Positions 40,088 through 49,266 of a stretch of DNA of 64,000 nt are shown piece after piece (the stretch's first letter is position 1; each line of letters starts with the position of its first letter). The stretch spans positions 4,686 through 68,685 of the forward strand of contig JBBTSM010000005.1 of the NCBI GenBank assembly GCA_038064675.1. Direction: 5' to 3'. The notes beneath the pieces are model-generated. The model saw only the letters and a list, made by a program, of their open reading frames with translations. It had not been told where the DNA came from and searched no databases. The DNA comes from Patescibacteria group bacterium (GTDB lineage: Bacteria; Patescibacteriota; Patescibacteriia; UBA9934). The position numbers and the translations under genes are program-made.

Positions 40088-40132
40088 CCTTTATTTTGTT
40101 GAGGTTTACTCTCCAGAGGCTAGGGGTTTACG

Positions 40133-40600
40133 ATGACGAATCTGGTTCTGTATCTGATTGTTGCAGCGTGTGTTCTGCTCTGCGCGGCCGTGGCTATGCT
40201 GGTTTGGGCTCTTTTGTGGCTCAATCGTGTCACGCCTGTGGCGCTTGATGTCTGTGGTTCCCTTGGGGATCGGTGTGGAAACCTCCCTCTGAGTGGGGAC
40301 GAATCATCGATCAAGCTCGGGGAGCATTCGGATTCTCCTCGGGGGTGTTTTGGGAACGAGAGTCATCGCGTCCTGTACTGGCGAACCGACTGGAGGGCTT
40401 CCCGTACTGGCGGATCGCTCGTAGAGACGATTTCGGTTGCCGAAAGCGGGCGTGAGGGGAACTTCCGTGTGACTTTCCGGGATGGGCAGATGGTTCAGTG
40501 GAATGAGTCTGGGCTTCCCGGACGGCCGCCGTCGGACACGACGACGGGAGCGTTGTTGGGGATTCTTATTTGCGTTCGACGGGCCGCCGGGTTCCGCTAG
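40133..40600 (+). CDS. Orphan membrane-anchored protein
   Basis: N-terminal hydrophobic helix; followed by hairpin gagcgcggtccctgtggccgcgctc. Confidence 0.55.
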   Translation: MTNLVLYLIVAACVLLCAAVAMLVWALLWLNRVTPVALDVCGSLGDRCGNLPLSGDESSIKLGEHSDSPRGCFGNESHRVLYWRTDWRASRTGGSLVETISVAESGREGNFRVTFRDGQMVQWNESGLPGRPPSDTTTGALLGILICVRRAAGFR

Positions 40601-40715
40601 ATCCGGTCCCATGACGTGCTGAGCGCGGTCCCTGTGGCCGCGCTCGTGTTGTTTGAAATTGAATCTTATTCATATAGTAGAAAGCAAAAAACCTCCCGAA
40701 AGGGAGATTTTTTGA

Positions 40716-40790
40716 TGGGGCGACTAGAGGGGATCGAACCCTCGTAGCCGGGACCACAACCCGGTGCTCTACCATTGAGCTATAGCCGCC
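40716..40790 (-). tRNA. tRNA-His(GTG)
   Basis: Revcomp GGCGGCTATAGCTCAATGGTAGAGC...CCGGG-TTGTGGT-CCCGG...TTCGAT...TAGTCGCCCCA. Confidence 0.95.
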
Positions 40791-40795
40791 ATGTT

Positions 40796-40922
40796 TGAGA
40801 GCGTCCCCAGTTTGCCCATTTTCGGCTTATGTCATCGTAAACTTGCTCATCGTACCGAGAAGTACGTCTCGCAAGCTTTGCTCGACATGCACCGAAACTG
40901 ATCTAAACTGGGAACGCTCTCA
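40796..40922. repeat. Fold-back palindromic element, copy 3 (5' of tRNA-His)
   Basis: Arms tgagagcgtccccagttt / aaactgggaacgctctca; core cgtaccgagaagtacg...gcaccgaaact. Confidence 0.9.
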
Positions 40923-40995
40923 CTGATAACGCATGCGAGAATACCAGCTTTTTTTCGCTGTTGCAAGACGGGAATGCCGTGTATTCGGCGTAGAT

Positions 40996-41072
40996 TGGTG
41001 CTCCGAGGTGGAATCGAACCACCGACCTTGGGCTTAGAAGTCCCCTGCTCTATCCAACTGAGCTATCGGAGC
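40996..41072 (-). tRNA. tRNA-Arg(TCT)
   Basis: Revcomp GCTCCGATAGCTCAGTTGGATAGAGC...CT-TCT-AA...GGTTCGATTCC...TCGGAGCACCA. Confidence 0.93.
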
Positions 41073-41193
41073 GCAAGCCTACGCAGAACGCGGTGGGATC
41101 TTAGCATTCCTTTGCGCTTTTGGAAAGGAGAATTTGGCTAAGCCTTCATGGTTTTTTGGCGTCTGGTGGAATTTCCGATACACTTTGCGCAAT

Positions 41194-43827
41194 ATGATGA
41201 CGGCTCAAAAGACCTTTCTAATCTTGGACGGAAACGCATTACTTCATCGTGCGTGGCATGCGGTTCCGCCGCTTACAACACAGGACGGCCGCGTGGTGAA
41301 CGCGGTGTACGGCTTTGCGATGGTTATTGAGAAGATGCGTTCCGAGCTGAAGCCAGACTTCATGGCCGTGGCATGGGATTTGCCTGGCGGAACGTTCCGA
41401 CATGAGGAATACGCGGAGTATAAAGCGACGCGAGAGAAGAAGGCGCAGGAGCTGTACGACCAGATTCCGATGATTCAGGAACTGTTGAAGCCGTACGGGA
41501 TTCCTTCGCTTTCCGTTCCTGGATTTGAAGGTGATGACATCTTGGGAACGATTAGCGCGATGAACGAGGCTAATGGCGTGAAGACGCTGATCGTGACTGG
41601 GGATCTCGATGCCTTGCAACTTGTGACGCCGATGACGCACGTGGTCTTTTTTGTGAAAGGATTGTCGCAAACGAAGCTCTACGATAACGCCGCAGTGAAG
41701 GAGCGTTACGGATTGAATCCTTCGCAACTCATCGATTACAAAACATTGGTTGGTGATACGTCGGATAATCTTCCGGGCATTCGCGGAATCGGCGAAAAGG
41801 GCGCGGTTGAACTCATCAATACCTTTAAGACCGTTGATGGGATTTTTGATGCAATGAAGCGCGGAGATCTTCCGGAGAAGTTCGTGAAGAAATTCGAAGA
41901 TCAGGAAACACATGCCGCACAGATGAGGCGAATGGTGACGGTGGTTCGCGACGTTCCACTCAAGGGATTTTCACGCGACGATGCAAAAATTCAGCATCCG
42001 AATCTTGAGGCGCTTCTTCCGATTCTGCGTGATTTCGAATTCAAGACACTGTTGAAGAAGTACGAGGGAAAAGATGAGAAAGCCGATCGTGAAGCCCCGA
42101 TCGCGAAAAACGTCGCTCCATCAAGGGGCTCGTCAAAACGTCACGCTTCTCTTCCTGCCGGATCGCTGGCCGATCTCGAGCTTGATCGGATTGGTGTCGT
42201 TATTCAGCCAAAGGAAAAAGATCTTTTTTGTGGATCAATCGCCGCTATCGCGGTTACCGATGGTCGAAATGTTGTGTCGATGAATGATCCTGTCGCGGAT
42301 GACCTCAAGAAGATCGTTGCAATCATCAGCAAGGCGAAGACGATCATCGCACATGACATTAAGGCCATTCTGCACATCATCGATGATCTCGGAATCAATC
42401 TTGCGGACGTGCTTCGTCGTCCATTTTTCGACACACAGGTTGCGGCATATCTTCTTGCGTCCGGTGATCGCGAATTTGGGTATCGAGAGATCGTTCAATC
42501 CACACTTGGTGCATCGATTTCGGTGGATGCGAGTGCTCAAGAAATGATTGGTGCACTGTTGCCGCTTGCGACTATCCTTGATCGGAGACTTGCTGATGAA
42601 GGAATGAAGAAACTCGCAGACGAGATTGAGATGCCGCTCATCTCTGTACTGTTCGCGATGGAAAAAGATGGATTCGCGGTCGATAGCAAGCATCTCGCAA
42701 CGTTGTCGAAGAAGTTCGATGATCGACTGCAGGAACTCACGAAATCGATTCATATCGATGCTGGCCGTGAATTTAACATCAATTCCCCATCGCAACTCGC
42801 CGATGTCCTATTTATCGATCTCGCGATTCCAACAAAGGGGATCAAAAAGACGAAGAGTGGATTTTCGACTGCTGCGCCAGAACTTGAGAAGATCGTTGAT
42901 GCTCATGCAATTGTGAACAAGATTTCGGAGTACCGAGAACTTGCAAAACTGAAGGGAACGTATGCAGACACATTGCCGAAGTTGGTCAAGGCTGACGGCA
43001 GAATTCATGCGCGATTCAATCAGTGCGTTGCGGCAACGGGGCGATTGTCGGGATCGGATCCAAATTTGCAGAATATTCCGATTCGATCTGACCTTGGACG
43101 CGAAATCCGAAAAGCATTCGTTGCGGCGCCGGGTTGTGTGTTGCTGAGCGCCGATTATTCGCAGATTGAACTTCGATTGGCGGCATCGATCGCAAAGGAC
43201 CGATCGTTTATTGAAGCGTTTACCGACGGCGCAGATATTCATAAACGTACCGCGGCAGAAATGTGGAGCATTGACGAGAATGATGTGACGAAGGAGCAGC
43301 GATATGCGGCGAAGGCGATTAACTTCGGTATTCTGTATGGTATAGGTGCTCGAGCGTTGGCGAAGAGCGCGAACGTTCGTTTTGAAGAGGCGAAGGAATT
43401 CATTGATCGCTATTTCATGGCGCATCCAGGAATTCGATCCTATCTTGATGCAACAAAGCTTCAGGCGCATGCAGATGGTTTTGTGACTTCCTTTTTTGGA
43501 CGTCGACGATACCTGCCTGATGTGAATTCCGGTATGCCGCAACTTGTTGCTGCCGCAGAACGCATGGCAATCAATATGCCAATTCAGGCAACGCAAGCCG
43601 ACATTATTAAGATGGCGATGAACGCAGTTGCGGAATATCTCCGAGCGTCCAAGATTGACGCACGGATGATTGCGCAGGTTCACGATGAGCTTGTCTTCGA
43701 AGTTCAGAAGTCGGACGCCGAAGAGCTTGGAAAGAATATCCGATCAATCATGGCGTCGATCGCGGAATTCGATGTTCCGTTGGTTGTGGATGTCGATACT
43801 GCGAACTCTTGGGGTGACATGGAATAA
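41194..43827 (+). CDS. polA: DNA polymerase I
   Basis: LDGNALLHRAWHA 5'-3' exo; ATGRLSGSDPNLQNIP, DYSQIELR, KAINFGILYG, QVHDELVFE. Confidence 0.98.
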   Translation: MMTAQKTFLILDGNALLHRAWHAVPPLTTQDGRVVNAVYGFAMVIEKMRSELKPDFMAVAWDLPGGTFRHEEYAEYKATREKKAQELYDQIPMIQELLKPYGIPSLSVPGFEGDDILGTISAMNEANGVKTLIVTGDLDALQLVTPMTHVVFFVKGLSQTKLYDNAAVKERYGLNPSQLIDYKTLVGDTSDNLPGIRGIGEKGAVELINTFKTVDGIFDAMKRGDLPEKFVKKFEDQETHAAQMRRMVTVVRDVPLKGFSRDDAKIQHPNLEALLPILRDFEFKTLLKKYEGKDEKADREAPIAKNVAPSRGSSKRHASLPAGSLADLELDRIGVVIQPKEKDLFCGSIAAIAVTDGRNVVSMNDPVADDLKKIVAIISKAKTIIAHDIKAILHIIDDLGINLADVLRRPFFDTQVAAYLLASGDREFGYREIVQSTLGASISVDASAQEMIGALLPLATILDRRLADEGMKKLADEIEMPLISVLFAMEKDGFAVDSKHLATLSKKFDDRLQELTKSIHIDAGREFNINSPSQLADVLFIDLAIPTKGIKKTKSGFSTAAPELEKIVDAHAIVNKISEYRELAKLKGTYADTLPKLVKADGRIHARFNQCVAATGRLSGSDPNLQNIPIRSDLGREIRKAFVAAPGCVLLSADYSQIELRLAASIAKDRSFIEAFTDGADIHKRTAAEMWSIDENDVTKEQRYAAKAINFGILYGIGARALAKSANVRFEEAKEFIDRYFMAHPGIRSYLDATKLQAHADGFVTSFFGRRRYLPDVNSGMPQLVAAAERMAINMPIQATQADIIKMAMNAVAEYLRASKIDARMIAQVHDELVFEVQKSDAEELGKNIRSIMASIAEFDVPLVVDVDTANSWGDME

Positions 43828-43829
43828 GT

Positions 43830-44822
43830 ATGATTTTGCTTGTTTACGGTGACGATGCATTTCGCGTGAAGGAGCGATCGCGAGAGTTTGTTGAGAAGTT
43901 TGCAGAGAAATTCGATCCGACGCGGATGAATATCGACGAGTTTGTGTTTGCGAAGAAGGACGATGTGAGTTTGGCGCGTGTCGCGGAGGCGATTGCGGCC
44001 TCTCCGTTTCTTTCCGCGAAGCGCATGGTTCGTGTTGATGGAATTTTTTCGACCGTTACGACCAAACCGGATGCGGAGCCTTGGGCTGCTATGCTTGAAC
44101 GCGTTCCCGAGTCAACGATTTTGGTGTTGGTTGATGCATCGTCAAAAGAAAAGGTGGAGAAGACTGAGGTATGGAAACGCGTTTCGGTAATGAAAGATGT
44201 TCATAGCTATCCATTACCTGCGTTATCGGGATCGGAACTCCAGACGTGGATCGCGAATCGAGCAAAGACGCATGGCGCGGTCATGGTTCCAGCGGTGAGC
44301 TCGGCGCTCGTCGATCGTGTTGGGAATGATTCGTGGAGGCTAGAAACGGAAATTGGGAAGCTTTCGGCGTATGCTGGTGATGCGCCGATTTCGGAAGAGA
44401 TGATCGCGAAACTTGTTTCGAGCGAGTATCGGGAAGATATCTTTGCGCTGATGGATGCAATGAGTGCGGATCGGGCATCGTTTGCGCTGAAGAAACTGCA
44501 TGAGGAACGGGTTGCTGGAGCTGATGAATTCCCGTTGTTTGGGATGTTGATGCGGCAGATTCGATTGTTGCTCCAAGTTCGATCGCTGTGTGATGAGTCA
44601 CCGACTGTTGGAAAACAGGATGTCGCAAACGCTTTGGGTTTGCACCCATTTGTTGCGCAAAAGGTGCTCGGAGAGGCCCGTCGTCGATCGTTTGATCGAA
44701 TGAAACAGTGGCACGGTTTGGCGTCGGATCTAGATTTTGCGATGAAACGAGGCCTTGCGGCAGATGTGGCGGTAGATCGGTTGGTTGCGGCGATGCTTGA
44801 CGATTCTAGTATACTTCGCTAA
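43830..44822 (+). CDS. holA: DNA polymerase III delta subunit
   Basis: MILLVYGDD, SPFLSAKRMV, EIGKL, LHPFVAQK; precedes rpsT. Confidence 0.9.
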   Translation: MILLVYGDDAFRVKERSREFVEKFAEKFDPTRMNIDEFVFAKKDDVSLARVAEAIAASPFLSAKRMVRVDGIFSTVTTKPDAEPWAAMLERVPESTILVLVDASSKEKVEKTEVWKRVSVMKDVHSYPLPALSGSELQTWIANRAKTHGAVMVPAVSSALVDRVGNDSWRLETEIGKLSAYAGDAPISEEMIAKLVSSEYREDIFALMDAMSADRASFALKKLHEERVAGADEFPLFGMLMRQIRLLLQVRSLCDESPTVGKQDVANALGLHPFVAQKVLGEARRRSFDRMKQWHGLASDLDFAMKRGLAADVAVDRLVAAMLDDSSILR

Positions 44823-44861
44823 TATTCGCTCATTCTTATTGGGAATTTCTTCACGATATCT

Positions 44862-45164
44862 ATGCCAAATCTTCGAAATGCTAAGAAAGCGTTGAATCAG
44901 AGCCGCGTTCGCGCCGTTCGCAATGCAAACGTGAAGGGTCATATCGATACGATGCGTCGCTCGTTCCGTAAGCTTTTGGAAGCTGGAAAGATCGAAGATG
45001 CACAGAAATTGGTTCGTGAGCTCGACCAGGCAATGGACAAAGCGGTCACAAAGCATGTCTTCAAAGCGAACACCGCAGCTCGTGTAAAGTCCCGCACCAT
45101 GCTCGCCTTGAACAAGGCTGCTGCAGCGCCAAAGAAAGAAGTTGTCGCAAAGAAATCAAAGTAA
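44862..45164 (+). CDS. rpsT: 30S ribosomal protein S20
   Basis: MPNLRNAKKALNQS, DKAVTKHVFKANTAARVKSR. Confidence 0.95.
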   Translation: MPNLRNAKKALNQSRVRAVRNANVKGHIDTMRRSFRKLLEAGKIEDAQKLVRELDQAMDKAVTKHVFKANTAARVKSRTMLALNKAAAAPKKEVVAKKSK

Positions 45165-45167
45165 ATT

Positions 45168-45199
45168 AAAATCGCCACGCAAATGCGTGGCGATTTTTT
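45168..45199. terminator. Bidirectional terminator rpsT/rmuC
   Basis: aaaatcgccacgca-aa-tgcgtggcgatttt. Confidence 0.8.
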
Positions 45200-46347
45200 T
45201 ATTCAAGAATCGGCCTTTCGATGCCAGGGGTTTCGATGATGTCTTCAGCTGGTCCGTCGGTAAGCTTCACAACGTCCTTGCTCATCTTCTTGAGTTCATT
45301 GCTTGAGTTGTTGAACTGATTCACCACGGTACTGACGGCATTGCCGAGTTTGCCGTGATATTCTGCGTAGGTCCTGAAATGCTTTCCAAGATCGGCCACT
45401 CGCTTAATGATATCTTGTGCCTTCTCTTCGATTTTCATTGCATGGAGGGCCTGGAGAACAGTTTGAAGATATGCGAGGAACGACGTTGGTGACACGATGA
45501 TGACGTGATATTTGCTTGCGGCGCGTTGGATAAGATTCTCGTTGTCCTCTTGTGTTGAGCCGATTTTGTTTACGAGAAGATCGTAGTAAATGGCTTCATG
45601 TGGAATGAACATGAACGCGAAATCCATCGTTCCCTTTCCTGGTTGAATATATTTTGATGTTTCAAGAATGCGATTTTTTAGATCGTTCACAAATAACTTT
45701 TCAAGTCGTTCCCGTTCTGTAGCGTCATCGGTTTCGGAGATACGGTTGTAGTTTTCAAGTGAAAATTTCGAATCAATCGGGATAATTTTATCCTTAACAA
45801 AGACGACAGCATCCGGGATCAGATCTTTATCTGCCTCATCTTTGCCGAGGCGATACTGCATCGCGTAACTTCCTGGCTCCATTGCGTTTTTCAGGAGCGT
45901 TTCAAGATAATATTCTCCTAGAATTCCTCGATGTTTTGGATTTTTCAGAATGTCTTGGAGGTTTCTGAGCTGTGATGAGAAATCGAGAACCTGCTTATTC
46001 GTTGCATCAAGAGTTGTGAGTTTCTCGGTGACGGCCTGGATGATCTTCGATGTCTCCGCGAATTGCGCGCTAATATTTTTTTGAGCGAGGTCCTGTTGCG
46101 AGAGAAGTGTTTTTTGTGAATCGGCAAGACCTCGATACAGTTGATCGTTCACTCGGTCGAGCTTTATTTGAACTTCTTGGCGTTGTTCGGTTGTGGCACG
46201 CAATAATTCCTCGCGAATACGGGTAATTTCGATAAGAAGATTTTGCGACGCCACAGAATCGCCTGAGTTGCGTTTTTGAAACCAGAAAAGTGCTCCTATC
46301 ACTGCGCCGAAACCGATAATGAGGATGATTGCGGTGGATGTTTCCAT
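45199..46347 (-). CDS. rmuC: DNA recombination protein RmuC
   Basis: N-terminal TM, coiled coil, RGILGE, PDAVV, IDSKFS, DFAFMFIPHE, VSPTS. Confidence 0.92.
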   Translation of the reverse strand: METSTAIILIIGFGAVIGALFWFQKRNSGDSVASQNLLIEITRIREELLRATTEQRQEVQIKLDRVNDQLYRGLADSQKTLLSQQDLAQKNISAQFAETSKIIQAVTEKLTTLDATNKQVLDFSSQLRNLQDILKNPKHRGILGEYYLETLLKNAMEPGSYAMQYRLGKDEADKDLIPDAVVFVKDKIIPIDSKFSLENYNRISETDDATERERLEKLFVNDLKNRILETSKYIQPGKGTMDFAFMFIPHEAIYYDLLVNKIGSTQEDNENLIQRAASKYHVIIVSPTSFLAYLQTVLQALHAMKIEEKAQDIIKRVADLGKHFRTYAEYHGKLGNAVSTVVNQFNNSSNELKKMSKDVVKLTDGPAEDIIETPGIERPILE

Positions 46348-46447
46348 AGAATTTTATTGACGCGACGTTGCAGCGATACGTATACTTCTCTCGCGTTCAT
46401 ACAGTATATCATGAATCAATGATATATTTTACGACACATAGAGCCGC

Positions 46448-46524
46448 GACCTCGTAGCTCAACTGGATAGAGCAGGTCCGTCCTAAGGACAAGGTTGCAG
46501 GTTCAACTCCCGCCGAGGTCACCA
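46448..46524 (+). tRNA. tRNA-Arg(CCT)
   Basis: GACCTCG...CGAGGTC-A-CCA; anticodon arm GTCC-GTCCTAA-GGAC. Confidence 0.9.
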
Positions 46525-46643
46525 TTGGTCATTTAAACAACGAATTGCGTTGTCGCCACTCCGGTGCTCGCGCGCTGTACGTCTATGTGCAGCTTACTTC
46601 GCTCCTCGTGGCTCCTTGTACTTCGCCGTTTAAATGACCAATG
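46523..46643. repeat. Fold-back element, divergent relative (3' of tRNA-Arg)
   Basis: Arms cattggtcatttaaac / gtttaaatgaccaatg; tgcgttg...gctgtac-gtctat-gtgcagc...ccttgta. Confidence 0.75.
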
Positions 46644-46661
46644 ATATTTAGGGAGTCTAAT

Positions 46662-46677
46662 TGTTTCACGTGAAACA
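46662..46677. promoter_or_regulatory. parS centromere site 1
   Basis: TGTTTCACGTGAAACA, perfect consensus. Confidence 0.92.
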
Positions 46678-46714
46678 ATCGGAAAACGTTTTAAAAAATT
46701 GAATCGAAATTGAT

Positions 46715-46840
46715 GGAAAACTGGCTAAGTTCGTCATATACAAGGAAGATTTCGAGGACCGACGAGGCGTACTTTATGTGTACGGTGAGGGGGCCTGGAG
46801 AAATCTGACGCAGTAGATGACGAACTTGGGCCGGTTTTCC
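46715..46840. repeat. Fold-back element, divergent relative in opposite orientation (5' of tRNA-Ala)
   Basis: Arms ggaaaactggctaagttcgtcat / atgacgaacttgggccggttttcc; core gaggcgtac-tttatgt-gtacggtgag...tgacgca. Confidence 0.8.
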
Positions 46841-46916
46841 GGGCTTGTAGCTCAGTTGGTAGAGCGCTGCATTCGCATTGCAGAGGCCAGCGGTTCGAAT
46901 CCGCTCAGGTCCACCA
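46841..46916 (+). tRNA. tRNA-Ala(CGC)
   Basis: GGGCTTG...CAGGTCC-A-CCA; anticodon arm CTGCA-TTCGCAT-TGCAG. Confidence 0.93.
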
Positions 46917-47041
46917 CAAAACACTGTCATTTGGTCTATTTTCGGTTTGTTGCGTCGCACATTCGCCCAACGTACCGTGAAGTACGTTTCGCGAACTGTG
47001 TTCCTAGCACACCGAAACTGGCAGCAAATGACAGTGTTTTG
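46917..47041. repeat. Fold-back palindromic element, copy 4 (3' of tRNA-Ala)
   Basis: Arms caaaacactgtcatttg / caaatgacagtgttttg; core ttttcggttt...cgtaccgtgaagtacg...caccgaaact. Confidence 0.9.
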
Positions 47042-47090
47042 TATTTTATCCGCTTTTACTAACGAAATTCATGGTTAAACAAGGCCCAAT

Positions 47091-47106
47091 TGTTTCATGT
47101 GAAACA
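47091..47106. promoter_or_regulatory. parS site 2
   Basis: TGTTTCATGTGAAACA (1 mismatch), inside longer palindrome ggcccaat...attgggcc. Confidence 0.88.
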
Positions 47107-47222
47107 ATTGGGCCTTCTACACATTACTTTACGGGAAAACGTCGCAAAAATCGTTCCGAATCAAGCGACTTCGGCGCTGGAATAGGTGAAGAATCATTTG
47201 CCTTTTTTGTTGAAGTTATGGA

Positions 47223-47238
47223 TGTTTCACGTGAAACA
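47223..47238. promoter_or_regulatory. parS site 3
   Basis: TGTTTCACGTGAAACA. Confidence 0.92.
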
Positions 47239-47444
47239 ATTTGCAGGTGTCGGCTTGGGTGTTGATAAGCGACAATATCCGCGCCAGTATTTGTCTACAC
47301 CAGGCTACACGATAGATATAGTTTGTACTTATCACGTTTTATAAACAGGGTTATCCATCTTTTATCCACAGTTTACGAAAGTTAGCCATGTTTTTCGATG
47401 CTTGTTGACGCCTTTTTGTGTTCATCATCGTGTATCATTGTGTT

Positions 47445-48365
47445 ATGGGTATGTGGTTGAAAAAGGTTAGTTTGCTAATATTAGCGCTTTTCTTTGCGCT
47501 TCATTTGAATTTTGCCTCTGCGGCGATGACGTCGACGAACTATCAAATTCAATGGGACGAGCTTTCATCTGGCGGCGGTGACGCATCTTCATCTTCCTAT
47601 AATATTCGCGACAGCACGGCTGGTTCTGCAGCCGGAAGCAGAACAACCTCTTTAAGTTATGGGATCGATCAGGGTTTTCGGGCCGGTGTGTATGATCCGG
47701 TCGTCGACTTTGTTCCCTACGTGCAGGATCGGAGTACACAAGTTGCTGCGACAGCGTTCGCTTCAAATACAGTTACCGTGACGACAGCGGCGGGGTTCTC
47801 TGTAGGTGACTGGATCGTTATTATTCAAGACGAAGGAGCGTCTCAGGTTGCCGCAATGGGTCAGATTTCTGGAATTTCGGGCTCGGATATTACGATCCGT
47901 TCCTCATATTCTGGAAATACTCCCACCATTGATGGAACAAACGATCTTGTGTACCGGATGTCTCCTACAGCGTCGAATGCATTGGGAACACTTTCTTCAT
48001 CTGTTGTTACAACACAAATCGTTGGTTGGGTTGCCTCCGCGGACGTTTCGCAGGGATTTGGAGTATATGCTTTCGTTGATGGCCTTTTGCAGTCGGAATC
48101 AGCCACACTTGCTGGTGTTGTTGATGGTAGCGTTACGGCGGGTAACAGTGAATACGGCGCTCGGTCTTCAGACGCATCGCTCGCAACGTCCACATTTGAT
48201 ACGGAAGACACGGCGTTCTCAACGGAACCGGTACTTGTTGGCAGTACATCGATCTCGTCATTCAACAGCAGCGGCTTTCTTACGTTGAAAGCAGCAATAT
48301 CTGCAACGCAAAACGGTGGAAGCTACGCACAAACACTTACAACGATTTTTGTTGGAGATTACTAG
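47445..48365 (+). CDS. Secreted Ser/Thr-rich surface protein
   Basis: Signal peptide ...FASA; MTSTNYQIQWD; C-terminal GGSYAQTLTTIFVGDY WxL-like strand; start uncertain. Confidence 0.8.
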   Translation: MGMWLKKVSLLILALFFALHLNFASAAMTSTNYQIQWDELSSGGGDASSSSYNIRDSTAGSAAGSRTTSLSYGIDQGFRAGVYDPVVDFVPYVQDRSTQVAATAFASNTVTVTTAAGFSVGDWIVIIQDEGASQVAAMGQISGISGSDITIRSSYSGNTPTIDGTNDLVYRMSPTASNALGTLSSSVVTTQIVGWVASADVSQGFGVYAFVDGLLQSESATLAGVVDGSVTAGNSEYGARSSDASLATSTFDTEDTAFSTEPVLVGSTSISSFNSSGFLTLKAAISATQNGGSYAQTLTTIFVGDY

Positions 48366-48423
48366 GATTCTTTTCGTGTAATGTATTGAAACATTCGATT
48401 CGTATTTCGAGTACACTACCTGT

Positions 48424-49266
48424 ATGGTTGGGAACATACACGGCTCTATTGTTCGATATGCGGCTGGCATTGCGCTCGCGCTGTTTGGCATTCCTTCGCT
48501 GTCTTTTGCTGCGTCGCTTCCTGCGACTCGTGATGTTGTTGTTGCTCCAGGATCAACGGTCGATGTTGAAATTCCGATAACAAATTCTGGACCTGCCGAC
48601 ATCGACTTTTCGTTACTGTTGTTGTCCGCATCGTTTCAGCCAGGAGTTGAACAGCCTCAGCTCGAACAACTTTCTCCTGCGTTTACTTCGTGGATTACAC
48701 TTTCTTCTTCATCTATTTTCGTTCCATCTGGCGCATCGCTTCCCGTAATGCTTGCGGTACATCCGCCGGAAAACGCCTTGTCTCAAACGGTCACTCTCGC
48801 TGTTGTTGCTGCTGAAAAACTTGATGGCGATATTTCGCTGATTCATGGCTCTGCGGCGCTGGTATTCGTGAGCGTTGGCGATGTATCGCCACAGGGTTCT
48901 TGTGAATCGTTCGTTCAAAGTCCTTCCGGCGAAGGGCGTGTCTCTCTATCGAACAGTGGGCGCGGTATACTGTATGACAATGGTGAGATTATTCTTCGCG
49001 GAATGTTTGGTATCCGCTTAGGGAGCACATCGAGTAATCCGCTATTTCATCGGGTTCCGCCAGGACAAACTCGGACGTGGCAGGTTTCTTTGCCAACGAT
49101 TCCGTGGTGGGCGATGGGTTCATTTTCGTACTCCTTGCGCGACGCGCAGCTTAGCGAACATCCCTGTGCCGATATTGATGCTGGCACGCGCTGGTTGCCG
49201 CTGTTTGGTATAGGAATCGCGGCGTTCGGTGTGGTGACGCTGTGTATTCGACGACGTATTTCATGA
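48424..49266 (+). CDS. Secreted Ig-like protein with C-terminal TM anchor (DUF916/WxL-partner-like)
   Basis: Signal peptide, VAPGSTVDVEIPITNSG, C-terminal TM + RRR. Confidence 0.7.
   Translation: MVGNIHGSIVRYAAGIALALFGIPSLSFAASLPATRDVVVAPGSTVDVEIPITNSGPADIDFSLLLLSASFQPGVEQPQLEQLSPAFTSWITLSSSSIFVPSGASLPVMLAVHPPENALSQTVTLAVVAAEKLDGDISLIHGSAALVFVSVGDVSPQGSCESFVQSPSGEGRVSLSNSGRGILYDNGEIILRGMFGIRLGSTSSNPLFHRVPPGQTRTWQVSLPTIPWWAMGSFSYSLRDAQLSEHPCADIDAGTRWLPLFGIGIAAFGVVTLCIRRRIS

Noticed and set aside
39161-41072. Integrative element or prophage (recombinase near tRNAs)
   Set aside because: The recombinase resembles housekeeping XerC/D, no duplicated tRNA 3' end (att) was found, and there are no phage genes
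2488-47041. Fold-back repeats or ORF6N palindromes as a CRISPR array
   Set aside because: Not regularly spaced identical direct repeats with unique spacers; no cas genes in the window
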